Shown: piece by piece, positions 40,566 through 53,209 of the stretch
Layout: each line of letters starts with the position of its first letter
How positions within the stretch are numbered: position 1 is the stretch's first letter
NCBI RefSeq assembly: GCF_001194135.2
Contig: NC_068990.1
Location: forward strand, 5,647,838 to 5,711,837
Direction: 5' to 3'
Length of the DNA stretch: 64,000 bases
Origin: Octopus bimaculoides
Lineage: Eukaryota
Program-made: the position numbers and the translations under genes
Notes under the pieces: model-generated
The model's database searches: none
Told to the model about the DNA's origin: nothing
The model's input: only the letters and a program-made list of their open reading frames with translations

Positions 40566-40854
40566 CTTAAAAACAAATATAACGTGATTTTGATAACGAA
40601 ACAGAGATTGAGGATGAATTATTGGTGCAATTTACTCTTAGAACAAAACTGATTTATAGGAAACCGTAGAAAAAAAAGGTCAAAAACATGAGCAGAGCAG
40701 AAAATAAATTTCTTTAAATCTTCCTAAAATATAGCTCGTGTTTGATACGTTATACTGAATACGTTCCAATGAAGAAATCATTTGCCGTAGTTAAAAACGC
40801 TATTTTTATTGGCGTGAATTTAGAAATATATTTTTTAAGGAAAACGAAGCTCAT

Positions 40855-40876
40855 GTGTGTATGTGTGTGTGTCTGT

Positions 40877-40959
<83 letters not shown>

Positions 40960-41040
40960 TGTCTGTCTGTGTGTGTGTGTGTCTGTGTGTGTGCGCACGC
41001 GTGCGTGCGTGCGTGCATGCATATATATGTGTGTATGTAC
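40855..41040. repeat. (GT)n-based microsatellite
   Basis: Direct reading of the sequence. Confidence 0.95.
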
Positions 41041-41387
41041 TTATGTATGTATAGTACCGCATACTTATTGTCTTCTTTCTCTAGCACACATGATATGTAA
41101 GATGATGGTTGAACAATATTTTGGTTGCTTAGACAAGACATTATCATATGCGCACACAGTTATATATTTATCTTTCTTCGTGTCTTTCGCTTTGTTGCTC
41201 TCTCGCTTTCTCTCTCTCTCTCTCTCTCTTCTCCACACGCATACATACACTAATAAATACACCATGATTCTATCTAGCTATCCATCTATCTAGCTAGCTA
41301 CATACATATATACATGTGTGTCTGCATGATTGCTTCTCTGTGTGTATTACGTATAAGTGTGTCTACATATATATGTATGTGTGTGTT

Positions 41388-41425
<38 letters not shown>

Positions 41426-42829
41426 TATGATCATGTTTGCTTGGGAGTATGTATATATTTATATATGTATGTACATGGGTGGGTGTGTATATTTGTGTGT
41501 GTTCGTGTGTAAAGTCTAATGAATGGCTTCCACCTGTCTGACCAGACGTTCAGACGTTCGTATATAAATCAATTGCAGACCGAGATTTTTTATGTTATTT
41601 AATAGATAAGAAAAATTGAGATACATCCCAGTGCATCTATTTTGACATATGAAGATTTATGTCTCACTGTGGCGTCTATTTACAATCTTAAGACAGTGAG
41701 TATTTTATCAAAGTCATGTAATAATATCTTATATCAAAATATTCGCCACAGTTCAGTGGATATCGGAGTTTATATGTGATGTAGAATAAAAATTCTGCAA
41801 TCTCTGCTGAAATTTATGGACACATATATATTATTTAGACTAAAGTGCCACATCTGATCAAGAGCGGTAGTACGTTGTTTTGCTGGTTGATGACTACATA
41901 GTGTCTCTTCCATCGTAAATAAATAGTTCTATGTTATTTAGCTAGAAAAGAATAGAGTCCATGACAGTCTAAGTAAAAATGATTCATCACTTTGTGCTCT
42001 GTTATTAGTCTAAATAGGCGCTACTAATACGTACAAGAAATTTGTTACATGAAATCTGTTAAGGGAGTTATGAATGCTTCCTTTGAGCTAAAATTTGTCA
42101 ACGTAGCTCTTTCATTGGAATATAGGCAACAACAGTTATTCATGTATATGAATCTGTGTATATGGAAACGCATGAATGCCATTAAATGAAGGGATCTATA
42201 TGTTTTTGATATATGTATGAGTACATGTTTGTATGCCTATATCTGTTTATATTTACCTACTACAGTTTAGCTTCCAACAACTCCTTTTTTGCTTTTACCT
42301 ATTTTTTCAGTAGTTCCAATTGTAACAAACTATACATTCTCAAATGGCAAGGTCACCCATGTTTTGAGAAACTCAATTTCTCAAGTATTTATTCATATTG
42401 TGCATGAAACCTATACCCAGATTCCAGCAACTTCTGATATTTTTCATCTTCAAACAGAAAATTTTCTAGCGTTTAGGTTCTTAGACCAAATATGATTAAT
42501 GCGGCTTTTAATTAAATGTGCTAACATCGGTATATTTACTTTATGGTGTTGATGATGATTTTTTCTAAATTGTTTGTAAAACTTGAGTGCAAAGTTGCGC
42601 ATAGTTCTTTCAAATTCTGACTAACCTTCTCTGTAGACTGTCTTTTCTGTTCATTTTCCGTTGCTTCTCGGGTGTAGTAATTTAATACATCGTTTTTATT
42701 AATTAGAATAACTAGATTTGGATTAATTCTCTTTAATTCCTTCAATATATCCTCGCTGGATATATTTTCATTTTCAAAATTTTCATTTTGGAACATGATA
42801 AAAAAAATAATAATAAGGCAAAAATATAT

Positions 42830-43230
42830 GACAAATGGATGAACTCAACACAATTAATTCTGCCACGTAAACTACAAATCAAACCAATCCCAAAAGAGCC
42901 CGAACAACAAAGACACCTTAGGGTGAAATTAGCGCTAGAGAAAATGAATCTAATTTGTGTCATAACTTGTCCAGCTTGTGGACATAACTATACAGAACAT
43001 ACAAGTATGGCACTTGTATGACGGAGAACCGCACTACACAAGGAACAGATCTGTTTCATAAAGTACATAGAGATTCCATTGAGTGAGCACATAGAGATGC
43101 GCAGATAATATCAAACCAAACTTCACAGTTTTCGTCATCTACCAGTGCAAAGAAATAATTTATGTACAAGAACGTTTAAATAAAGAAAGTTTATTCATCG
43201 AAAAATACAGAAAATTCCTAATTAAGACCG
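42830..43230 (+). mobile_element. Penelope-like GIY-YIG endonuclease fragment (a second, different family)
   Basis: NLICVITCPACGHNYTEHTSMALV*RRTALHKEQI..PLSEHI resembles NLIYxITCxxCGxxYIGQT..L..RxxxH; ends with a KFL/KYxPxLN-type terminus. Confidence 0.8.
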
Positions 43231-43596
43231 CTCAACCGACTTTGGTCTCAGTATATATTTTAATTCATAAGCACATACCCATTATTGTACATATTTCATC
43301 ACACTACTTTTTTGTATATTAATTATCCTTCTCACCAAAAATTAGCAATTACCTCTCTGTCCCGAATAATAACGATCCCCAATTACCTCCCCTCAGATTT
43401 TTCTATTTGTTTATTCATTCACAAACTTCCTTCCAAGAATATGGACCAAAATCTTAAGAAAATACGAAATTACAATAATTACAAGGTCATGATTAGCGAA
43501 AGAGAAATCAATCGACAAATACAACACTCTTTCACTTATAAAATGTATTAAAAATATATTAAAACTATGTAAACCGTGTACATTTTCCTTCTTTCA

Positions 43597-43644
<48 letters not shown>

Positions 43645-43955
43645 NNNNNNNNNNNNNNNNNNNNNNNNNNNNNNNNNNNNNNNNNNNNNNNNNNNNNNNN
43701 NNNNNNNNNNNNNNNNNNNNNNNNNNNNNNNNNNNNNNNNNNNNNNNNNNNNNNNNNNNNNNNNNNNNNNNNNNNNNNNNNNNNNNNNNNNNNNNNNNNN
43801 NNNNNNNNNNNNNNNNNNNNNNNNNNNNNNNNNNNNNNNNNNNNNNNNNNNNNNNNNNNNNNNNNNNNNNNNNNNNNNNNNNNNNNNNNNNNNNNNNNNN
43901 NNNNNNNNNNNNNNNNNNNNNNNNNNNNNNNNNNATATATATATATATATATGTA

Positions 43956-43990
<35 letters not shown>

Positions 43991-45957
43991 ATGTATGTCT
44001 GTATGTATGTATGAATGTATGTATGTATGTATGTGTGTATATGTGTGTGTGCGTGCGTGTGTGTATGAAAATATATATACACAGGCACACACACACACAT
44101 ACACGTACAAATACGGACGCATATTTGTGAGAAAGAAGAATTCGCCGAAGTATCAGGGGAATCTATAATTGATGTGTTTCGTTAAATTACCGTGTTGATC
44201 ATAATTAGTTTTGCGTTAAGACAAAAGCAACGGGAAATCCATTAGGTTATCCTCCATTATATTCCCTGCTGTTATTTGATATTATATTTCAGTCTAAAAA
44301 TGACTTGTCAAGCTCGACAACTTTTCATTGGAATGAGATTAATGGGAAAATTGTTATGTTAATGTAGATTCTAACATAGGTTGGATAAAATCAAACAGCA
44401 AATAAATGTTATATACTGATCTCTGTCTAGACACTCACACTAAGACCATTTATTGCATCTCTAACGAGTAGATGGCATTACATGATAATGTTAATATCTT
44501 TAATGGTTTAGCTATAGAAGAAAGGCCAGTGCAAGGTATGTGACGCAGGTGAGGGGAAGCGTGGAAAGGACAAAAATCCATGACTCACGGGTCGCTGTTA
44601 ACCACTATTTAGATCACTGTATGTAGCACAGACTGACGCCAGTAGCTACGTAGGTTGACTTTTAATAAATGGTTCAATTTCCATAGGTGCTCTACAGTCA
44701 GCCAGTTCCCTGTGGTACCTGTTGGATACCTATAGTTGCATTACTCTTTTTATGTTTACCAATTACCATACAATTGTAAGAGAGCTCATTAAGATGAAAG
44801 ACATGAAAGACAGCTCATTAAGATGCAGCACATCAAGGAATCTAGCTGTACTGAGAGGGGACAATTGGTCCTATCAGCTGAAACAGAGGAGATTACTCAA
44901 ATGTGAGCGAAGAAATTTCAATAAATCAACACCTAATCGCCTAATCACTGGGATAGAATCGGGCAACGGATTAGTTCTCCCCAACTCCAAAATGGGTGGG
45001 CCACCATGTTTTATCATAGTACAAATACAAGAGACGTTATATCACTAATCCTATTGCTATACTCGTAATTTGGAATTCAGTGTATGCGGATTTCTAAAAA
45101 GGTTGTATTCGCTGTGGTTTTATTAGTGCAGTCTCTGTGAAAGTTCTTCTCTGGTGATTGACTGCAAGTTCATGTGACAAATAATTAAAGCAAATTCCAA
45201 GTTTGGAGTTTTTAAAGAGAGAGATGGAGGTAATTAAATGTAAGGACACAAAGATTATGAACATAAGAGTGAGCAAGGTGGTGACAGGAAGAGAAACACT
45301 GGCAGATAGGAAGAGGGGGAAGAAAACGATTACATGCGTGTACGGAGTGAAAACCTGACAGATTGACAACTAGGAAGATGAGTAAAATAGAATAATAAAA
45401 ATGAAAGAAGAAATGATGAGATTTTCTGCTTCTAAGGGAGCAGAAATTTTTAAATTTCTAAAATATTGCTGAAACGAATGGCAAAAACAACTTTAAATGT
45501 CTTTCAATGTTAAAGAAATAAGTTTCATTGTCATAAAAACCCAATTTTAGTTTTAGAAAGTATCCACAGGAGGATGCACTTGGTGAGGTTTGTGACTTAT
45601 TAACACCGATGTCATGGAAATAGGCACAAAAATGTAAAATAAGCCAAGATTACCCTTTCGACTCTTCAAATGTGGATCACACACGCATGCAGGCACAAAC
45701 ATACGTTCATACATCCATCCATCCAACCATACATACATACATACATACATACATAGGTTTTGGGTAGGTTGGTAGGTAGGTAGGTAGGTTGGTAGGTAGG
45801 TAGGTTGGTAGGTAGGTAGGTAGGTAGGTAGGTATAACTATATATGGTAGACTTGCAGGTTCTGGCAAGTAATGATCCAGCTCCAGCATTAGGCCTTCAG
45901 AAGAGGAGAGTAAACAAACCAAACTGGTTCTCATCCATTCGGTTTGTGTGCCTATCT

Positions 45958-46205
45958 TCACACGTTCACGTTGCTCAAGTTTACTCAGCTGTAGAAATAA
46001 GTTGCGAGGACACTGGTGCCAAGTTGCATCGGCCCTTGCCTTTCTCTTGGATAACATCGGTTGCATAGTGAGGCGAGGCTGGTATGCATGGACGACTGCT
46101 GCTCTTCCATAAGCAACCTTGCCCGGACTTGTGCCTCGTAGTGCCCTTTCTAGGTGCAATCTCAGTGTCATTCATGACCGAAGGGCGTCTTTACCCTTTT
46201 TATCC
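45958..46205 (+). mobile_element. SINE family C, central and 3' part
   Basis: cacgttgctcaagtttactcagctgtagaaataagttgcg..cactggtgccaag shared with 60930-60990. Confidence 0.7.
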
Positions 46206-46690
46206 TCACCAATGGTTATATATGTTGGGTAATGCCCCCAAAAGAGTGCGATCGCAAATACTAGCGCCCGGCGGATCTCTGGAATTACGTTATTAAACAG
46301 GGTACATATTCGGAGATCAGAGTGTCTCGCCATGTTGAGCAGGTATTTCTCGAAATTGAGAGGTCACCACCCCGGTGCTACAGAGATGTGATTAGAATGT
46401 CGCGGGAGTCTCGCTTGAGAATCTAACCGAAAAGAGTAATGACGGTTGCTTCACATAGGAGCGTGTGAAGGAGGTACCTGAGTGTTCTATCCCATGTCTC
46501 TCACATGATATAATGCGTAGAGAAGATGGACGTATAAATAGATGAATATGTATACATATTCACACACACACACAAACAAACAAACAAATGCACACACAAA
46601 CCATACACATACCCAAACACACACGCACACACGCACGCACGCACGCACGCACACACACACATATTGGGTCAATATTGTAAATTTGGTTAA

Positions 46691-46905
46691 GGCGGTGAGC
46701 TGGCAGAGTCGTTAGCACACCGGGCAAAAATCTGAGCGCTCTTTTCCCCATCTTCATGTTCTGAGTTGCAATTCATTCAAGGTCGGCTTTGCTGTTTATT
46801 ATTTGGGAGGTTGATACAATAAGTACCTACTTTAGAACTGAAGTCGATGAAACCGACTTACCCCTCCCTTGAAATTGCTGGCCTTGTACCAACATTTGAA
46901 ATAAG
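46691..46905 (+). mobile_element. SINE family A
   Basis: ggcggtgagctggcagagtcgttagcacaccgggcaaaa..gaaattgctggccttgtacc. Confidence 0.85.
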
Positions 46906-47477
46906 TATAATGAATTTGTGTAAGTTAAGGGGATGTATAAATGCCGCATGTAATTAGTTTTGAAATTATCAAATTTCCTCTCCAATCGGTGACAGATAAA
47001 ATATGACAATTGTAAACGAGTTAAAACGAAAAACAGAGATAATATCATGAAATTGAGGATCAAACCTAGAAACAATAAGAGAAAATGACTTTCCGATCTT
47101 CCTTTTGCAAGAAAACGATAACTATGTTTACGTGTTTCGATCTACTTTATGACCTCTGCACAATAGTGAAGTTCTCGTCTACCCACTGATCAGGTGTGTT
47201 TCACAATTTTACATGCAAAAAGACGTTTATTGAGGTTGACCGAAATTCATGCACACAGTTTTCTCCTGCAGAAAACAATGTTTTCTTTTTTTCACCTTAA
47301 TGAGTTTATCAATTTGAGAATTTATTCTTCATCTTCAGAATCCCAGAAATTCTCTTCCCTTCCCCTCACGAGATGTTGAAAATTGCTCTAAGCATTATTG
47401 ATTTGCATGTAACTTCGAAAGAAATTTCAATAAATTAACAACTAATTGCCTACAGCATTCAGCACAAACTGTAAATC

Positions 47478-47531
<54 letters not shown>

Positions 47532-47953
47532 CGTGTGTGTATGTATATATGTATGTATGTATGTGCGTGTGTGTATAGATGCATACATGCATACATGCAT
47601 ACATACATACATACATACATACATATACCTCATATGAATAACGGAGGGACATCAGCACTTATGCATATTACACAGCAACTTTTGTTTGCCTTGTGATGAT
47701 ACTATGTTGGGACCAGACACGAGACTCAAGAAGCCTAGTGGTATCCAGGTACCTTCTGAAGCCTTAAAGATACATCATCATCCTATGAGCAAGAACGCCT
47801 GAGCGTACTGCCCAGGTAGAAAAACTACTCTGGCACTTTCAGTAATGTTTCTACAACTGATACATGGTTTTACTTACGTGCTTCGTGGAGCAGGATGGAA
47901 TATTACAAGTCTTTTCCAAAGTAATACTGAATCCAAAAGTTGTTATGAACCGT

Positions 47954-47992
<39 letters not shown>

Positions 47993-48094
47993 TGTGTGTG
48001 TGTGCGTGCGTGCGTGCGCGCGTGTGTGTGGGTGTGTGTGTTGACGTCGTTCCTTTTATTCAAGGGAAACATTAACCCTTAATGGACATCGTGT

Positions 48095-48575
48095 ATGGTA
48101 TTCTTGAATGCTTCCATCAGAGAAGTCTGCAACACATTCTGAATGTTTGCTGGCCCTTACGGTCTCCAAACGCAGGGGTCTTTAGGTGAACCGACGTTCT
48201 GAAAATTGAGGTTATAATGAACAAGCACTGTTTACGTTGAACTGAGCAACATGTTCCGATGAATGATCAGAAGATCCTTAAAGAGATGCTACATCGCGAA
48301 TTTGTGCAAAGCACCTCAGCAGAGACCAAAACTTCGATTTAAGGATTGCGTAAAAACCTTGTTGAAAGCCTGAGACGTATGGAACATTAAAGGAGAAAGC
48401 AATGCTTGTTGTCATTCGTATCAGGGAGGAACGTGGTGTTTTCAAAATCAAGCATTCTGCATGTAGAATTTAAGTGAGCTGCTCGAAAATGCTCCGCCAG
48501 TGTAGTAAGTGATCTGGTATATCTGTGTGCATGTATCAAGGGCTACGGTCATTGCGCATCAGTAGAGCCACAGGT
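48095..48575 (+). mobile_element. RTE-clade LINE 3' fragment
   Basis: LECFHQRSLQHILNVCW, VLKIEVIMNKHCLR, ILKEMLHREF, RPKLRFKDCVK and a degenerate C-terminal CxxC..GLRS resemble the post-RT region of RTE/BovB-like ORF2. Confidence 0.8.
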
Positions 48576-49530
48576 GTCAAGTATAAACCTGCCTAAGTGC
48601 ACAAAGTGATGGCTTTTCTTCATCACTAGTCATATATACATATGCATGTATAAAAACTATACATATGCTATGTATATATGTTATATATATATATATATAT
48701 ATTTACTTATGCGTATATGCGAGTGTATTAACACGTGTGTGTGAAGCTTTGGAAGGACGTGTGTATCTTGTTTTACGTATATATCTATGCACATATTTAT
48801 CTTTGCTAAGTACGTATCTTTATGTATATATACACGTGTGTACCTGCGTATACGAGTTCCTACACATATATATTTATATTTTCGTCTTTACGTGTGCGTA
48901 TGCGCGTGTATCTAGTTGGAAGTAAGTGTATACCCATATACTTGGATATGCGTGTAAGAGCGTGTGTGTATACGAGCGTATATATATATATATATATATA
49001 TNNNNNNNNNNNNNNNNNNNNNNNNNNNNNNNNNNNNNNNNNNNNNNNNNNNNNNNNNNNNNNNNNNNNNNNNNNNNNNNNNNNNNNNNNNNNNNNNNNN
49101 NNNNNNNNNNNNNNNNNNNNNNNNNNNNNNNNNNNNNNNNNNNNNNNNNNNNNNNNNNNNNNNNNNNNNNNNNNNNNNNNNNNNNNNNNNNNNNNNNNNN
49201 NNNNNNNNNNNNNNNNNNNNNNNNNNNNNNNNNNNNNNNNNNNNNNNNNNNNNNNNNNNNNNNNNNNNNNNNNNNNNNNNNNNNNNNNNNNNNNNNNNNN
49301 NNNNNNNNNNNNNNNNNNNNNNNNNNNNNNNNNNNNNNNNNNNNNNNNNNNNNNNNNNNNNNNNNNNNNNNNNNNNNNNNNNNNNNNNNNNNNNNNNNNN
49401 NNNNNNNNNNNNNNNNNNNNNNNNNNNNNNNNNNNNNNNNNNNNNNNNNNNNNNNNNNNNNNNNNNNNNNNNNNNNNNNNNNNTATATATATATATATAT
49501 CTATATATATATATATATATATATATACAT

Positions 49531-49693
49531 ACGACGGGTTTCTTTCAATTTCCGTGTCAAATCCACACACAAGGCTTTGGTCGACCCAAGGCTATAGTAG
49601 AAGACACTTGCCCAAAGTAACACGCAGTGAGACTCAACCCAGAACCATGTGGTTCATAAGCAAGCTTCTTATCAGACAGCCACGCCTGCACCT
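49531..49693 (-). mobile_element. SINE family B, 5' half
   Basis: Reverse complement of the head and body of 33813-33960. Confidence 0.85.
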
Positions 49694-51388
49694 GTGCGTG
49701 TGCGCGCGCGCGCGCGCGCGTGTGTGTGTGTGAATGAGTGTGTATGTGTTGGCATTTATGTATTTGTAATTACAAATATATGTGTTTTAAAAATAACATA
49801 AGATATATCTTAAACTGAAGCCTACAAGATTTATCAATTCCATCAAATTTATCAATGTTGCGATTCTCCGGCTCATTGGAGCGATGAGTTGTTGTGACTG
49901 TGAATATATACCTATTTTCAGCTAGGGGGATAGAACTATTTCATATTAACATTTTTTGGTCACGGACTCACTGATGCACCATGATATAAACAGCTGACAT
50001 TGCAGCTAGTTGTCTTTTACCTTATCTCTTTATTTATTTATATTGGCTTACATACAAATCAACAAATTACTTTCTCTTTCTTCCTTTTGTTTTATTTTAT
50101 ATTTCAGGATACCTGATTGTAGATTCTTCCTTTAGGATAAAATAAAAACAGTAGGAAATAATACAGACAAAGAAAAAAAAACAGAACGAACAACAATGCA
50201 ATTAAAATTATTTATTTATGATTTCTTTATTTAAATTCTTTTTCTTGTTTTTAGAATGACCTTTATAAATTCATAGAATTACATTTCTTAATGACAGCAT
50301 TGTTTGGGGAAAGAACTGGCTGGTAGGGCGGTAAATACAAGGTGACACGCTAATGTTTCTCGGATATGTTAATACAGTCATTTGAGACTAATAGGTGATT
50401 GTCGGAATGTGATAGACAAATTAATCAAGCATAATAATAGTCTCTATTGAAAATCTGGCTTCAGTTCAAGCAGAAGAAGTAATAATTCTACTTAGCAACT
50501 TTCATTACATTGAACAAGGCATCATTTCACTAATTGCATTCTGAGGAACATCTGTATCCCGCAAGCATCCAATAGGTGTTTCATGAGGGGAATTTATTTA
50601 ACCTATTGATTGGCATTTTTGTTGTTCTTTTGTTTATTATTATTGTTTATTTGTCTTGTTTTATTTTTGCTTTGTTTTTATTTTTCAAACCACCAATTTC
50701 TTATTAACAATGACTAGATGTATCCAATATATATATATATATATANNNNNNNNNNNNNNNNNNNNNNNNNNNNNNNNNNNNNNNNNNNNNNNNNNNNNNN
50801 NNNNNNNNNNNNNNNNNNNNNNNNNNNNNNNNNNNNNNNNNNNNNNNNNNNNNNNNNNNNNNNNNNNNNNNNNNNNNNNNNNNNNNNNNNNNNNNNNNNN
50901 NNNNNNNNNNNNNNNNNNNNNNNNNNNNNNNNNNNNTAAATGTATGAATAAAAAATATATGTTGTCACTTCATACCCACAAAATTTAATTTTTCTGAAAT
51001 ATCCTCTATGTCATATAAGTTTCGTAAAAATGAAACGCTAATGTATTTTTACATGGTCGCTTGTCCAGCCAGAAATAGAAATTACATCTCCCTCAAAGAG
51101 CACAATGTGAAACTATATGTGAAAGTGAAAAAAATTAGCTCATGCAATCTTTGATGCACATACATTACTCGACAGGATGTTATAGTTGTGGCTGGAATAA
51201 TAGCTTTAAGCATTGATTTGTTCATTATGGGCTGAACTGGTGGGTGCGCTAATTAACGACAATAATAACAACTAAATTTAAGGAAATATAAGCATCATGT
51301 AGGCCAAAATATCTAGGTATGGTACAATAGCAGAAGAAATAAGATTATTTGCAATGAGTTTTTATTTCAATATTATATTGTAATTTAA

Positions 51389-51838
51389 GGTGGTGAGCTG
51401 ATAAAATCGTTAACATGCTGGACAAAATGCTTCACGGAATTTCGTCCGTTTTTACGTTCTCTGTCCAAGGTTAGCTGGGGTCGACTTTGCACCTTCATTT
51501 CTCTTGAACTCGAGAAAATAAACACCAATTGAGCATTGGGCTCAATGTAATCGGCTAGTTCCCCCACCCAACACCACATGTGTCAGATATTGTGCCCCTA
51601 CTATAGGCACAATGTAATTTAAGGGGGCGACCTGGCAGAATCGTTACCACGCTGGACAAAATGCTTTGCAGAATTTCTTCCGATTATTTATGTTCGGAGT
51701 TCAAATACTGTTAAGGTCGGCTTTGCTTTTCATCCTTTCGGGAGTCAATAATTTAAATACCAATGAAGTACTGAGGTCGATGTAATCGACTCTCACCCTT
51801 CCCTCAAAATCGTTTGCTTTATGCTAGAATTAGAAAGG
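51389..51838 (+). mobile_element. Two tandem SINE family A copies (about 51389-51600 and 51623-51838)
   Basis: Both start gg(t/c)ga(g/c)ctg..aatcgtta and carry the gtcg(a/g)ctttgc..ttcat body. Confidence 0.85.
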
Positions 51839-52225
51839 ATAATATAATGTATTTTGGTATTAGCAAATACTTCAAAATTTACAATCGGTAATTTTTTCAA
51901 GTCTTCTCTTCCATAATGTAATAGTTTTGGTCCTTAAATATCATTATATAAGCTAAGTTCATCACCATCGTGTTGTCGCCATCGTCATCATCATCATCAT
52001 CATCATGTTATTCTTCTTCATATTCAGATTCACAACAACCATCACGATTATCATCACATCATCAATATTCTTATCTCATCCTTCTCGGTTTTTAGCTTCG
52101 TATTATATTATTAAACCTTAATAACAATGTGTCATAAATGAGAATTATTAATCATACAAAATATGGCAAAATAAGTAGCCAATCGCTCTGCTACTGGTGG
52201 CGAAATAACCCAAAATTTGTTTTAC

Positions 52226-52300
52226 TTGCAATGGTAGAGGGTTCTATACGATGTGCAAATTTCAATTTATTGCCAGATTTTCGAGCAAGCAGAATATTTT
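52226..52300 (-). CDS. Candidate internal exon of the same gene
   Basis: Acceptor ccattctattttttcaag| and donor |gtaaaa; 75 nt, phase 1 to 1: NILLARKSGNKLKFAHRIEPSTIA. Phase-compatible with 40565. Short, so chance is possible. Confidence 0.4.
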
Positions 52301-53209
52301 CTTGAAAAAATAGAATGGATAGGTTGTTAAAGAAAAAGAAAGAATTATCTATTCTCAATATGCAAAAGTCATAATTAGAATTAACTAATTCTCTTTCTTT
52401 GTATGTGTTATAAATGGCAAAATTATATATTACTAAATGTAAACTTAAAATAAAAAAAAAGATTCCCGAAACATGAGAAATACCTTTACTAAATAATGAA
52501 ATGAAAGAATATTTTGGCTCCATTATATTACTATTGAAGTGTGAACATAATTCGTCTGTTCTAAAGAGATGTTTTGTTCATGCATCTCTCTATATTTCCT
52601 TCTCATTTTGTGAAATTGCGAATAGTTAAATGCCATATAATCTTTAATAGCTTTAGAGTTTCGCCGCTTCATACTGAAAAGACCCAGTTAGATAAAAAAT
52701 AGCAGCTGTTATTAAAATATGATTAGAAGAAATAAAAATCACTCAAATAAATCCATTAACATATTTTGAATTCCTTTCACTAACGAGAAAAATATTACTA
52801 ATTTGGTTTTTAGTAAGCCAACTCTTTCTATTGTCATGGATATAAATAGCCATTCAAATATTTAGAGTGAATAATAAAAAAAGAGAAATTTTCGAAAAAA
52901 ATGAAGTGAACGATATTGAAATAAACGCTAAGTTTTAAACATAGTTTACAGCTTAGTGAGAAAAAATCGACTATTACCAGGCATGGAATCCGAAGTATAA
53001 CACCAAATTAAGACTAAGTTCAAGCTAGGAAATTGCTTGTATTTGCATTTCCTTGCAGTTCTTGTTGCAAAACATATTAGCGAATCAACAAAGAATGAAA
53101 TTTAGTGTAAAATTATCGAAAACCAATAGCAAATATGTATTATTATTAACTAAGCTTCATTAACTTCAAGGAATTCGAGAAATCTGTGCATGTAATTTTT
53201 ATAAAATGG

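Noticed and set aside
43548-44130. Long ORFs in the track made of YI/HT/CV/X runs (also at 15.3-15.8, 16.8-17.3, 18.0-18.5, 23.9-24.5, 40.7-41.3, 48.8-49.7 and 54.7-55.3 kb)
   Set aside because: Translations of microsatellites and N gaps.
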